Shown: positions 47,321 to 57,700, numbered from the stretch's first letter. The stretch is DNA of 64,000 nt from an uncultured Bdellovibrionales bacterium (GCA_964594215.1 CAZQLN010000005.1:2475-66474), one strand, 5' to 3'. Notes: generated by a model from the sequence alone, not told the origin. Made by a program: numbers and translations.

Positions 47321-47826
47321 TCAAATAATTCCTCGGCTATGCGAGCCTCGCAGGCCTTGCGAAGCGAGTTCTCACCTATCCTAGCACAAGTTTCTGGATT
47401 ACGCTCTCGAATAGCTTGCTCCTTGAAACAAGCATCTTTGTCAGTGCCACTAAGCATCGTACAATCTTTTCCTTGATAGCCCTCCTGATTGAGTCCACAA
47501 AAAGAAAAACAATAAGCCTGTTCGGCCGGAAGAGTGGAAAAACTCTCACACCCCTGTTCACAATCCTCGGGAGTCACCTTTTTATTCGGATCACTCGGAC
47601 TGCTTGGCGGCACTGTGAGTGGTACCTCTGTTGGAAATACTTCTTCGGTGGATGAACTTGAATTTTGTATTGCTGTCTCTGTTGTCGCTTCTGTTTCCTC
47701 TTGTTTAACTTGAATCGGTACTACCGCCTCACCCTTTTTATTTTGTTGCCAGAAAAAAGTGGCTCCGCCAGCCAGAATGACTACGAAGCCTAAACCAATA
47801 ACTACGATTTTAGAAAACCGACCCAT
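47317..47826 (-). CDS. hypothetical membrane-anchored Cys-rich secreted protein
   Basis: N-terminal transmembrane helix, Ser/Thr/Pro linker, then eight Cys in a 90-aa C-terminal module. No known domain. Confidence 0.4.
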   Translation of the reverse strand: MGRFSKIVVIGLGFVVILAGGATFFWQQNKKGEAVVPIQVKQEETEATTETAIQNSSSSTEEVFPTEVPLTVPPSSPSDPNKKVTPEDCEQGCESFSTLPAEQAYCFSFCGLNQEGYQGKDCTMLSGTDKDACFKEQAIRERNPETCARIGENSLRKACEARIAEELFD

Positions 47827-47832
47827 AAAATA

Positions 47833-49569
47833 CTAGTAGTGTTTATCGAGAGTAATACCTGTATAGAAGTGCTTAAGAATACTCTGGTAGTCATACCCTC
47901 CATCACGAGCCATTTTGACCGCTCCATTGGCCGATAGCCCCACCATATGATTGCCCCGGCTAGCAAGCTCACAAGTCCCCAAATCCGGATTCTTACCATA
48001 ACTGTCATCCACCGAAGAAAGCCATGGATAAGTCGATGAGGTTTTCTTACGGTAGTCTACACAATTATGTCCCCAGTGGCCGTCTTCATAGCGCCTCGTC
48101 TTACCATCAGTCCAAGAACTATATGGCGTCAGAGCCACCTCATCATCATAGAAAACCAGTGTCCCTCGACTAATCAGAGCGGCGGTGCGGATACGATCAT
48201 GGGCTATTTCCCAATCATAACCGTAGTAAATCTGACTACCTGAGGTAGCGTCTACCTTGAATCCCTGTGCAGCATATTTGGTACTCCATTGGATTTTCCA
48301 AAAACCATAAGTACGAAAAATGGTCGTCATGACGCGATTGTACTCCTCTGGTCCAGTTCCAGTAATCTCCCCCATTCCCCAAACATAGTGTTCAAGCGGA
48401 AGCTTGTTAATAACCCAGATGCGATCACCATCAGCCTCTGGTGAATCATAGTGACGCAGACGAATAGAACCTCGATAGTGATCAAAAGAAGAGTTGGGAC
48501 GGCTGACATCGAAAACTACTGAATCCTTGTATTCTGGAGCAGCTGAGAAACGTACTTCACGTGAGAGGGTTACAATAGCTGCATCAGAACCAGAGTAGTA
48601 GACCAGAAATTTTTTATCACCGAGATACTTCACACGAATCTTAGTATCAGCCGCTATGCTTGCCTGGACTTTACCATCACGATCAAGAACTCGAAAAGGA
48701 ACATTGGCTTTGATACTAAAAGAGCTCACTTTGAGGTCATTGGGTACGTAATTAAAGATGCCCACAGTGATTTCTGGTCCAAGAACAGAAAGGTCTTCAT
48801 CCTCGTCTTCTTCAGGTGCTACTACCCTACCTTCCTCGATAGCCTTTTGATAACGCTCAAAACCTAGTCGATTTTCTTCGGTTCCATAATCTTTGTAACT
48901 GCTGTAGCTGTCTTTATCAAAAAGAATGTTGTTAGCATAACCAGCAAATGGTTTCACAGCAAAGTACTCGGCTTTGAGGTTTCCGTAATTAGCATACTCT
49001 GAGGCACGCGTCTTGAGGTAACTATAACGACTCGGGTTTTTTTGATACTTTTTGTAGTCTTTCTTGAGACTCTTAAGAGCTTTTTTTTCAGCTTTACGAT
49101 TCTCCCATGGATATTTACCAACTAGTTCACGATACCGGATATACTTGCGGTATTGTTCGCGCTTCTCATACTTCTGATAGAGTCGATAGTTGGTATAGCG
49201 AACAAGATCAGCACTTACGTCTACCTCATCAGTACCTATAACCTCTTCTGCGGCAGGTTCTGGAGTAGGTGTTGGATCTGGTTCAGTTATGGGATCTGGA
49301 GTGGGTTCAGTTGGCGGCTCTATAACAGCAGGCTCTGGAGTTGTCGGATCAGATTCTGCTGGTGGAATCAGGGTCTCATCTGCTACTGGTGCTGGATCTG
49401 GAGTCGGTTCTGGAAGAACTTCTTGAGCCCACACCGGACTGCTGATCATTGAAAACAAGAAAAACAAGGTGAATGCCATGGGCAGAGAGAGTGCCCTGGG
49501 GTACAGCGAAAAAATCACGTTTTTCGCTGTAAGAGAGTTTTCTGGGTTGGTAAAGTGTACTTGAGACAT
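47833..49569 (-). CDS. SpoIID/LytB-domain protein with Pro/Thr/Glu-rich linker
   Basis: Signal peptide, PEPTPDPAP... linker, Lys/Tyr-rich region. C-terminal SpoIID/LytB signature (ASRGNHMVGLSANGAVKMARDGGYDYQSILKHFYTG). Confidence 0.7.
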   Translation of the reverse strand: MSQVHFTNPENSLTAKNVIFSLYPRALSLPMAFTLFFLFSMISSPVWAQEVLPEPTPDPAPVADETLIPPAESDPTTPEPAVIEPPTEPTPDPITEPDPTPTPEPAAEEVIGTDEVDVSADLVRYTNYRLYQKYEKREQYRKYIRYRELVGKYPWENRKAEKKALKSLKKDYKKYQKNPSRYSYLKTRASEYANYGNLKAEYFAVKPFAGYANNILFDKDSYSSYKDYGTEENRLGFERYQKAIEEGRVVAPEEDEDEDLSVLGPEITVGIFNYVPNDLKVSSFSIKANVPFRVLDRDGKVQASIAADTKIRVKYLGDKKFLVYYSGSDAAIVTLSREVRFSAAPEYKDSVVFDVSRPNSSFDHYRGSIRLRHYDSPEADGDRIWVINKLPLEHYVWGMGEITGTGPEEYNRVMTTIFRTYGFWKIQWSTKYAAQGFKVDATSGSQIYYGYDWEIAHDRIRTAALISRGTLVFYDDEVALTPYSSWTDGKTRRYEDGHWGHNCVDYRKKTSSTYPWLSSVDDSYGKNPDLGTCELASRGNHMVGLSANGAVKMARDGGYDYQSILKHFYTGITLDKHY

Positions 49570-49624
49570 CCAAATTTTTATTTTGTATGTCTATTATAGC
49601 ACTATTTAAGCCAAAAGTAAAGGC

Positions 49625-50071
49625 TTAGTAGCTATGTATGATTACTCCTTCGTTCATCATTTTTGGCATCATCATACCGAATCCCCATTCGCGATACCAA
49701 CTTTTCATATCTTTGATCTCTTTGTTTTGAGCTTCAATGATAGCTCCGGCCAAATCCTTAATTTCTTGGTGACCCGCCTGCTTCAAGGCAAGCTCCGCCA
49801 TTGAAACAGCTCCTTGGTGATGCTCAATCATTAATTCTACAAAAGCCTTATCAAAATCATCTCCTGTTTTCTCTTCAAGTGCTGTGGTCATAGCATCCAT
49901 ACTCATGTGACCAGCTGCTTTATCTTCTTGTTCGGTTCGTTGTCCTTTTTCATGAATGCCTAGTTCATGAGCTCGTTTAGATGTTTCTGGTATTCGCAAA
50001 AAAAGAATACTTGTCAGGATAACACCTAGGGCTAATCCGAGTAACAGGTACAGGATTTCTTGTCTTTCCAT
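49625..50071 (-). CDS. DUF305-family four-helix-bundle protein (metal, possibly copper, homeostasis-associated), membrane-anchored
   Basis: FDKAFVELMIEHHQGAVSMA...AIIEAQNKEIKDMKSWY matches the DUF305 HH-containing repeats. Confidence 0.65.
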   Translation of the reverse strand: MERQEILYLLLGLALGVILTSILFLRIPETSKRAHELGIHEKGQRTEQEDKAAGHMSMDAMTTALEEKTGDDFDKAFVELMIEHHQGAVSMAELALKQAGHQEIKDLAGAIIEAQNKEIKDMKSWYREWGFGMMMPKMMNEGVIIHSY

Positions 50072-50119
50072 ACTCTTATTTTAAATGGTTATACCCGTTA
50101 CCAGTATACCACTTCGGCT

Positions 50120-51571
50120 CTATAGAAGGTTTTCTAGGTCAAGAACCTCATCTATCCGTACTTGAGCCACAAAGTCCATCACATGAGAAACCAAAATGAG
50201 TGTCCCCTTGTATTCATCAAGAGCCTCCGCGATTACTGGGATATGACGAAAGTTAATATGATTAGTCGGTTCATCAAAAATAAGGACGCTCGGTTCTTCA
50301 GCGTAAAGTTTAGCGAACATAAGTAGTCCTTTTTGTCCCTCCGAAAGACTCCTGACTTTGTTTTGAACCAAGTTAGCCGGAAAAAGAAATTTAGCTGCTA
50401 GCCGATACACTAACTCTTTGTTTTTCTCTTTGACTGACTCCATCAAGGTATCGAATACGGTCGCCTCAAAATCAAGAGTTGAAAAATCCTGACGATAATA
50501 GCCAACCGTGACATCTGGCGAAATCTCTACCAGTTTTGGATCGGCCTTAGCTAGTGATTCTAAAAAGGTTGTTTTACCAATACCATTAGGCCCCGTGATC
50601 AAGAGATGGGTATTTCGTTTGAGAGTGAGATCCACTGGTTTAAGGATAGACTCTTCTTTATCAAGGAGTGATACGGCTTTGATATGCACGATTGGACCAG
50701 TCACATCAGGGCAAGTAATAGAAAACTTAGGTAAAGTCCGATCTTCACGGCGCACATCAATCTTGTTCTCCTCGAGCTCCTCTGCTAAATCACGCATTCG
50801 CTTAGCAACGGCACGTAGCTTCCCCCCCTTGTTAGCGAAGGTATTGGCCTGATCTTTCTTCTCCTTGATAGTGCGCTCCAAACGGACGTTTTCACGCTCA
50901 GCCTTCTCGATACGGACTTTGATCTCCTCAACTACATCGTAATAGTTACCAGTAAACTGTTCTATCTGATGAGTGAAGATATCTAGATAGAGAACTCCTT
51001 CTGTAAATGAATTTAAAAAATCAGCATCATGAGAAATAACAATGCAGGTTTTCTCTGAATGAATAAGAAAATCTTTGAGGTGTTCAATGCCAAGATAGTC
51101 GAGGTTGTTGGTAGGTTCATCAAGTAGCAAGATATCTGGTTCCTGGATCAAAGCATACGCAAGAAGGAGGCGCGCTTGTTGACCGCCAGAAAAAGCTCGA
51201 ATGGTTTTCTCAAAAGGAGCATCTAGATGCACTATCTCCAATACATCTTTGATACGTGCTCGTAAGTCATAGCGCTGTTCACTAAAGGCTTCAGCGAAAA
51301 ATTGCTCAATCGTATAGTCGAGTTTTTCACGATCCATCACCTGGCGGGCAATGGCAACGGTAGCCCCACTATCAAGAGAGATTCTCCCCGCTTCTGGCTT
51401 CATCTCCCGCATAATCAACTTGAAGAGAGAGCTCTTACCAGCTCCATTCTGACCCATAAGAGTGATCTTTGCTCCTCGACGAACAGAAAAGCTCGCCTCA
51501 TCTAGAATGGGCTTCCCATGATCATATTCATATGAGACGCGGTCAAAGCGCAAAACGACATTATCAGCCAT
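50120..51571 (-). CDS. ABC-F family ATPase (tandem ABC domains, no transmembrane region; translation/antibiotic-resistance-factor type)
   Basis: Two nucleotide-binding domains with signatures FSGGQQARLLLA and LSEGQKGLLMFA. Charged inter-domain linker. Confidence 0.85.
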   Translation of the reverse strand: MADNVVLRFDRVSYEYDHGKPILDEASFSVRRGAKITLMGQNGAGKSSLFKLIMREMKPEAGRISLDSGATVAIARQVMDREKLDYTIEQFFAEAFSEQRYDLRARIKDVLEIVHLDAPFEKTIRAFSGGQQARLLLAYALIQEPDILLLDEPTNNLDYLGIEHLKDFLIHSEKTCIVISHDADFLNSFTEGVLYLDIFTHQIEQFTGNYYDVVEEIKVRIEKAERENVRLERTIKEKKDQANTFANKGGKLRAVAKRMRDLAEELEENKIDVRREDRTLPKFSITCPDVTGPIVHIKAVSLLDKEESILKPVDLTLKRNTHLLITGPNGIGKTTFLESLAKADPKLVEISPDVTVGYYRQDFSTLDFEATVFDTLMESVKEKNKELVYRLAAKFLFPANLVQNKVRSLSEGQKGLLMFAKLYAEEPSVLIFDEPTNHINFRHIPVIAEALDEYKGTLILVSHVMDFVAQVRIDEVLDLENLL

Positions 51572-51650
51572 GTTTTTGTTCTAAAAAAGCTCTCTAAAGA
51601 GAGCACAAGGTACCAGCTAGTATGACAGAAAAAAGACTCTTCGGCAACCC

Positions 51651-52478
51651 TTAAACTAAGCGTTTGAGATACGCTGTAATAATACGGCTATCAGAGATGT
51701 ATCTCCCCCGCACCAGAGCATCGGTAGCAAATAGTTTGATATCAGTAATCGCTCGAGCCTGAAGCAACGAATCAATGATGTATTCGCGTTCTTTATCTAC
51801 CTGTTCGTCTACTTGATGGGTAAGCTGATAGGTAAATTTCGCCAAGCCAAATCCAACATCTTTGGAAGCGGCTCCTACCCACATCAGCGGTTTGCTCATA
51901 TCCACCTCTTTTCTTTTGAGCCAATATAGAGGGCTCTCAAGATCTATCTCTGGCTCGATATTAGCCGCCCAAAAACGTACGTGGTGACGCATGCGTGGGC
52001 TCTTACCAATCGGTTTCTGAAAACCATAGTCTTGGACCCGACCAAAAAGAAAAAGTGGGCTAAACGGTGCTCGCGGATAGGACTTATTAAAGAAAAAGGC
52101 TCGGAACATCCTCCAGGCAGTTTTGGGACTAATGGGATCCGCTTGTTTCCAGCCGGCCGCCTCAAAAGCCCGCCAAAGATCTTCCTCGCAACCAAAGAGA
52201 ATGATATTGACTGGATCAGCCAACACTCCGTCTGGAGCATGTGTGTAGCGTGGAATACGAGAACGCCGCAAGATCAGAATTAAGACATAGATAATACGTG
52301 GCAAGAAAAGATACGCCAACAAGAAATAGATGGCAAAAAAGGTAAGGAGAAAGAAGAACTGGGTTCGAAAACCGATAAAATAGTATGAGACCGCTCCCCA
52401 CACCAAAAACAGCGAGGTGCTAGCGAGTACCAAACGAATCAGTCCAGGACGCTTCATTTCATGCAATGGTTTTTTCAT
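51651..52478 (-). CDS. LssY-C-like domain membrane protein
   Basis: Two N-terminal transmembrane helices. PVNIILFGCEEDLWRAFEAAGWKQAD matches the LssY_C core motif. Confidence 0.45.
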   Translation of the reverse strand: MKKPLHEMKRPGLIRLVLASTSLFLVWGAVSYYFIGFRTQFFFLLTFFAIYFLLAYLFLPRIIYVLILILRRSRIPRYTHAPDGVLADPVNIILFGCEEDLWRAFEAAGWKQADPISPKTAWRMFRAFFFNKSYPRAPFSPLFLFGRVQDYGFQKPIGKSPRMRHHVRFWAANIEPEIDLESPLYWLKRKEVDMSKPLMWVGAASKDVGFGLAKFTYQLTHQVDEQVDKEREYIIDSLLQARAITDIKLFATDALVRGRYISDSRIITAYLKRLV

Positions 52479-52520
52479 CTTTGTTTTTCTCTATTGTAGC
52501 AAAACTTGAGTTTTTGTACG

Positions 52521-53954
52521 CTATGATGTTAATTTCTTGAGAAAAATAAATTCTTCATCTCGTTCTGGATGAAAAATAATTTCTGTAGAACCGCGCTGTA
52601 GATAGTTTTCAATTTCTTCTTGCGGTTTTTTCCGTGAAGCTACCCAATCCCAACTCAGCAGATATTGGGTTGTCTGTAAACCAGATTTCCGAAAAATACC
52701 TTGATTCCATAAGCGCAAGAAGTTGAGCACAAAAGCCACTAGCGTGTAATGAGAGCTATACTGAGAGCCAAAACGAATACGCTTTACCCCCAGCTCCCGA
52801 GCGATAGCCACAAATTCTCGGAAATAGCCTGAAAAAAAGTGTACGTGCTCATGAGTGGTGAGCCTTTCTGGATACTTACCAAAAACTGCATGAAACTCTT
52901 GGAGCTGTTGTCGCCAGATAGCGCCTACGTCTTGTGATTGTTTCTTGGACTGAAGAAAACGAATTACCCTCTTGGCGAATGACATTTTTGGTAGAAGCAT
53001 CAGTGTTGTCTCACGATCAAGGTGAATATCTAGTGCTGCCTGAGATGCAATGAGCTGGTCTTTTTCAGCTTGACTGAACCTCCCATTCATCATGACAGCT
53101 ACTCGTATTTTAGGCAGAAGAGCCGTAAGGGTAAGAATATGTTCATTGGCTTTTGGGCTGATCCCAAAATCATCAAAGGTGATCTCGCAGTTTAGATTCT
53201 GCCACCAAGCCTCCTCCATCAACACCCTCGTATAATACCCTCGGATAGCAAACCAACGAATTCGAAAAAGATCGCGAAGCATAAGAAGGGAGTCTCTCAA
53301 AATACGCACACTACTTGAGGTTGGATTCTGTAGGGTGATGGGAATTTCTTCGATACGATATTGTTTTTGATGAGCGAGAAATATGAACTCTGCATCAAAA
53401 GAAAAGCGATTGATCCTCATAAGTGGGAAAATCTCCTCTGCTACTTTTTTGGTAAAAAACTTACAGCCACACTGAGTGTCTCGCACTCGAGCCACTCCTA
53501 TAATTAGAATGCGTAAATAACGAAAAGCTTTTTCTAGAAGCAACCGATGATGAAGGACCGGTATAAGTACCTTGCCGCCCGGGCGCAGACGTGAGGCGAT
53601 AGCGACATCATAACCATTTTCGATACTTTTGATGAAAGCTAAAAGCTCTTCCATTGGAATAATCAGATCTGCGTCCAAAAAGCCCACTATTTCACACTCA
53701 GCTCGAGCTACGCCTTGTCTTACGGCATAACCCTTGCCTTGATTTTGTGCGTAATTCACTACCGTAATACCAAAATCTCGCACAGCTTTCTCTAGCTCAA
53801 TACTGGTCTTATCTCGACTCCCGTCATTAACCGCAATAATTTGATATTGTTCGAAATGACTCTGTAAGTATCCATGCACCACCCGGATATTCTGATAGAT
53901 GGTTTTTTCTAAATTGTAACAAGGCAAAACCAGAGAAAGGCTTCGATATTTCAT
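52521..53954 (-). CDS. GT2 glycosyltransferase fused to YdjC/ChbG-like carbohydrate deacetylase domain
   Basis: N-terminal LSLVLPCYNLE...AVNDGSRDKT...FLDADL (GT-A). C-terminal ITFDDFGISPKANEHILTLTA...MMNG resembles the YdjC DDFG motif. Confidence 0.65.
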   Translation of the reverse strand: MKYRSLSLVLPCYNLEKTIYQNIRVVHGYLQSHFEQYQIIAVNDGSRDKTSIELEKAVRDFGITVVNYAQNQGKGYAVRQGVARAECEIVGFLDADLIIPMEELLAFIKSIENGYDVAIASRLRPGGKVLIPVLHHRLLLEKAFRYLRILIIGVARVRDTQCGCKFFTKKVAEEIFPLMRINRFSFDAEFIFLAHQKQYRIEEIPITLQNPTSSSVRILRDSLLMLRDLFRIRWFAIRGYYTRVLMEEAWWQNLNCEITFDDFGISPKANEHILTLTALLPKIRVAVMMNGRFSQAEKDQLIASQAALDIHLDRETTLMLLPKMSFAKRVIRFLQSKKQSQDVGAIWRQQLQEFHAVFGKYPERLTTHEHVHFFSGYFREFVAIARELGVKRIRFGSQYSSHYTLVAFVLNFLRLWNQGIFRKSGLQTTQYLLSWDWVASRKKPQEEIENYLQRGSTEIIFHPERDEEFIFLKKLTS

Positions 53955-54041
53955 ATGCTTCTTGATAGACTGATGTCTTTAGTATATATGCTCTTCTCCC
54001 GATAAGGAAAACCCACCGACACAGGATATTCTGTGGGTGGG

Positions 54042-54611
54042 CTAGTTGGTAACATTGATTCTACTCCAGTTGAGATTCCATGGATCATTTCGCCTTTGTG
54101 GCGCTATTTGTCCATGGCCAACGATGTTCTTGATTGGATGACGTGTCTTGAGAAAAACAATGAGTTTTTGGAGTGACTCATACTGAGCCTCGGTATACTG
54201 GTCTTGTCGAGTATTCATAAGCTCAATACCGATAGAGAAACGATTGACACTTTTTCGCCCATCCGGCATCTGACTAACCCCCGCATGATAGCTCATGTCA
54301 TTATCATGTACGAGCTGATAGACACTCCCTTCTCGATCGATAACATAATGAGAGCTCACTCCGTAATGACGAAAGATGGTAATCAAATCTTCGAGTTCAT
54401 ACACGTTTCCTCCCAATGAATTATAGGAGGAATGAAGAACGATCGTATCCACTATCCGGCCTGAATGGCGGGCAAAGCCCGTCTTGACGAAACGGGGCAT
54501 GATGTTAACTACTGGTTGCGTTGAAAAAGTTAATGACTCTGAGAGTTCTGCAGACGCGCTGGTCATACTGCTTACTCCTACGAACAATAGAGTCGTAAGA
54601 ATGATTCTCAT
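54042..54611 (-). CDS. secreted N-acetylmuramoyl-L-alanine amidase (amidase_2/PGRP fold)
   Basis: Signal peptide. IVLHSS...SSHYVIDREGSVYQLV...SYHAG...NRFSIGIEL...HGQIAPQRRNDP are amidase_2 Zn-ligand motifs. Confidence 0.8.
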   Translation of the reverse strand: MRIILTTLLFVGVSSMTSASAELSESLTFSTQPVVNIMPRFVKTGFARHSGRIVDTIVLHSSYNSLGGNVYELEDLITIFRHYGVSSHYVIDREGSVYQLVHDNDMSYHAGVSQMPDGRKSVNRFSIGIELMNTRQDQYTEAQYESLQKLIVFLKTRHPIKNIVGHGQIAPQRRNDPWNLNWSRINVTN

Positions 54612-54767
54612 GACTTTTCACCTTTTGTTAAAATAACTTACCTCAAAAGTAGCCTTTTCTTTTTCAGAGGTCAATCGGTGGTTTTCAAACAAAAAGAAAA
54701 GCGGGTATTGGCTGTTAGCCGCACCGCTTCTTTTTCTTTGTAGTCTACCTTTTTGCTAAGCAGCCCT

Positions 54768-54956
54768 TCAGTCTATGAGTAACTCTGCTTCAGCCAAACA
54801 CTTTTTGCAATCTACAAACTGCTTTTGGTCAATATGGTACCAAATGTGTCCTGGTGGCCATCGGCTCGGCACTTCATCAGAAAAACCGCAGAGAACTTTT
54901 TTGATCCCTCCAACCTTATGATAAATATGAGAAATCTTTTCAGGAGAATCTTCCAT
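54768..54956 (-). CDS. hypothetical small protein
   Basis: ORF only. Confidence 0.2.
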   Translation of the reverse strand: MEDSPEKISHIYHKVGGIKKVLCGFSDEVPSRWPPGHIWYHIDQKQFVDCKKCLAEAELLID

Positions 54957-54968
54957 CTCTTTCTTCCT

Positions 54969-55421
54969 TTAGATAAACTGGAGTCTTTTGGATTTGTGCA
55001 GCACCTCTAAAATATTTGGATGAACTTGGACGACTCTAACCGGTACTACTTCTTCGAAGGCTAGACATACTAGTCCTGGCTCCACAATTTGAGTAAAATC
55101 ACTTCGTTTGAGGATATGAATATAGCCCATGCCAATAGATAGAAATTCTGGACCCTGAACAAAAAGGTGTGGCTTTTTCTCTGGATCAAATTTCCAGCCC
55201 CATTCAGTCTTCGGGGAACGAATCACCGCATGAACCAGGGCGATATCTGTAAACAAGGTTCCGTACACAGCACGCTGATTGTACTCTGGTATCAGATGCG
55301 CTTGATTTGGCACGGCTGGTTTGAGTATTTTATGGTCTTTTTGGGCCCCATGAAGGACCAGCTTATCAGCCGGAAGTCGGTCAAGATAAGCAATGATTTG
55401 TTCATTGGTCATCCCTGACAC
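54969..55421 (-). CDS. hypothetical protein
   Basis: 150-aa ORF with no recognisable motif. Confidence 0.35.
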   Translation of the reverse strand: MSGMTNEQIIAYLDRLPADKLVLHGAQKDHKILKPAVPNQAHLIPEYNQRAVYGTLFTDIALVHAVIRSPKTEWGWKFDPEKKPHLFVQGPEFLSIGMGYIHILKRSDFTQIVEPGLVCLAFEEVVPVRVVQVHPNILEVLHKSKRLQFI

Positions 55422-55518
55422 TCCCTATGTTAAACAACTATTAAAACGTAGTTAATCAGAGTCAAAGCTGACTGTCAATTGAGAGGAAATACTCTACCAA
55501 ATGAAGTTGCGACTACTC

Positions 55519-56544
55519 CTAATTCAACATCTTCGATTTTGGAAGAATGACCTCATTATGATGTCCTCCTTCTATAAAGACTTGGATATTCTCTATGGTC
55601 ATAGTGAGGATACGTTCTAGGGCTTCCTCTGAGAAAAAGGCAATGTGTGGAGTATAAACCACTTCATCACGACTAAGCAGCATATGATCCTTGACCAGCT
55701 CTGTCATTTTTTCGATGCTCATCGAGTTCGTATAGAGAAGTTCTTTCTCTTCTCTAACCAACTCTTCGCCCTCGATCACATCGAGACCACAACCACGAAG
55801 TATTTTCTGATCTAAGGCCCACAGGAGAGCTTCGTTGTCGACCAACTCTCCTCGTGAAGTATTGATAAGCATAGCCCCAGGCTTCACTAATTTAATATTC
55901 TCTTTATTAATGAGGTGGTAGGTCTCCTTTACATACGGGGCATGAAGAGAAATGATGTCTGATTGAGTCAACACTTCGTTAAGAGATAAGTATTCGTAAC
56001 CATACTTAATGGCCAACTCTTCATTAGGAAAGACATCAAAAGCCACCACCTTCATCTCAAAGGCTCTGGCAATCTGAATAACATGCACCCCGATTTTACC
56101 AGTTCCAACAACACCAAGGGTTTTTCCTTGTAAATCAAAGCCCTTTAGACCCTCAATGGTAAAGTTATTACGCAACCGCCTTACATGCGATTTGTGGATG
56201 TTGCGAGAAAGAGCTAATATCAAGGCAAAAGTATGCTCAGCCACCGTATGCTCACCATAGGTAGGCACGTTTGAAACCAAAACTTCTCTTTCATTCGCAG
56301 CCTCAAGATCAATATGATTATAACCAGTCGACCGTGTAGCAATCAGTTTTAGTTGCGGCATACTAGCTATGACCTCTCGGGTAATCTGGCTATGAATAAA
56401 AACTGAGAGGACATCACACTTATTTAAGGCTGCTAGATTTTCTGGCTTGAGGGTATCACGAAAAAATTGCAGGTCGTGCTCATGGAGTTTTTCTCTTAGT
56501 ATCTTCTCCTCCCACTCTTCTATCTCAAAAAAAGTAATGTGCAT
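55519..56544 (-). CDS. D-isomer-specific 2-hydroxyacid dehydrogenase (D-lactate / phosphoglycerate dehydrogenase family)
   Basis: NAD-binding GVVGTGKIGVHVIQIARAF. Catalytic His near HIAF. Start set at MHITFFEIEE. Confidence 0.8.
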   Translation of the reverse strand: MHITFFEIEEWEEKILREKLHEHDLQFFRDTLKPENLAALNKCDVLSVFIHSQITREVIASMPQLKLIATRSTGYNHIDLEAANEREVLVSNVPTYGEHTVAEHTFALILALSRNIHKSHVRRLRNNFTIEGLKGFDLQGKTLGVVGTGKIGVHVIQIARAFEMKVVAFDVFPNEELAIKYGYEYLSLNEVLTQSDIISLHAPYVKETYHLINKENIKLVKPGAMLINTSRGELVDNEALLWALDQKILRGCGLDVIEGEELVREEKELLYTNSMSIEKMTELVKDHMLLSRDEVVYTPHIAFFSEEALERILTMTIENIQVFIEGGHHNEVILPKSKMLN

Positions 56545-56599
56545 GTTATTGATATTTAATAAAGTATCTCTCCACTGAAAACTCCCAACCACTACCCCT

Positions 56600-57016
56600 T
56601 TATGCCTCTACGTATTTTTTGAAATTATTGAGTATCGCTTGCCAACCATTTTGCTGCATCTCAAGCGGGTTGGTATCTTCAGGATCAAAGCTTTCAATCA
56701 CCCTGCATCCACCATTTTCCTCTTTGAATTCAACACTTACCTTTCTTTCACCATCTCCAATCAAGGTATACTCTATCTTCTTATTCTCTTCAACCGCAGT
56801 ATAGCTACCTTCGAGGTCAAATCCGACACTACCATCTTTAGCTTCCATCCTCGTCTTGAAGTTTCCTCCTGTACGAACATCGTTCTCAGCTTTTGGTACA
56901 CACCAGTCATCTGAGGCAAAACACCATTTCACGATATGCTCTGGAAGAATCCAATATTGCCAGACTTTTTCTATGGGAGCATCTATCAAAACTTCTACAG
57001 TTACTTGAGGTTTCAT
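56600..57016 (-). CDS. SRPBCC-superfamily protein (AHSA1/START-like)
   Basis: 138 aa. IDAPIEKVWQYWILPEHIVKW...SYTAVEENKKIEYTL pattern of AHSA1-like SRPBCC proteins. Confidence 0.65.
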   Translation of the reverse strand: MKPQVTVEVLIDAPIEKVWQYWILPEHIVKWCFASDDWCVPKAENDVRTGGNFKTRMEAKDGSVGFDLEGSYTAVEENKKIEYTLIGDGERKVSVEFKEENGGCRVIESFDPEDTNPLEMQQNGWQAILNNFKKYVEA

Positions 57017-57149
57017 ATATTTTATCTAATATTCTCTAGCTTAAATATACCATGTTCAAAAGTTGGTGTTTATTGACAAATTACCAGTTCCCCCTAGGCA
57101 AATATCAAAAGCCGTATACAATAGTCTTATAACCCCTAATGTAAAAAAC

Positions 57150-57401
57150 ATGGCAGCAAACAGTGCATTCATGAAGCCGATGAAAATCAGTCCAGAACTG
57201 GCGGCTGTAGTTGGTGACGGGCCAATGCCCCGCTCAGAGGTAGTTAAGCAGCTTTGGGTCTATATAAAAGGCAAAAACCTTCAGGATCCATCCAACAAGC
57301 GCAACATCAATGCCGATGAAGCTTTGAAAAAAGTGTTTGGCGGTAAAGAGACAGTGAATATGTTTGAAATGACTAAACTGGTCTCAAAGCACCTCTCATA
57401 A
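57150..57401 (+). CDS. stand-alone SWIB/MDM2-domain protein
   Basis: ISPELAAVVGDGPMPRSEVVKQLWVYIKGKNLQDPSNKRNINADEALKKVFGG...VNMFEMTKLVSKHL is near-consensus SWIB. The track start is a TTG further upstream; the first ATG is used here. Terminator at 57427-57460. Confidence 0.8.
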   Translation: MAANSAFMKPMKISPELAAVVGDGPMPRSEVVKQLWVYIKGKNLQDPSNKRNINADEALKKVFGGKETVNMFEMTKLVSKHLS

Positions 57402-57426
57402 TCTTGAGCCCTACAGAAGAATAATC

Positions 57427-57460
57427 AAAAAACGTCTCCTCTTGGAGACGTTTTTGTTTT
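57427..57460 (+). terminator. intrinsic terminator after the SWIB gene
   Basis: AAAAAACGTCTCCtcttGGAGACGTTTTTGTTTT. Confidence 0.75.
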
Positions 57461-57700
57461 ACGTAGAACGATGGATAAACCAGCCAAACAACAAAACCTG
57501 TGCGAGCCACTGCTTAACAATGAAAAAGAATGAAAAAGGACGGGTGTAGAATTATTAGTTCTTCACTCGCCCTGTATTGATTGTAATCAATTCACAACCA
57601 TTCTTCAATGGAATAATCGTAAATTGGGCTTAGCTCAAATAGACCAAGGCCTACTGATGAATAGACTTACAAAGGGAGTAACGAAAACAATATCTTGTCT

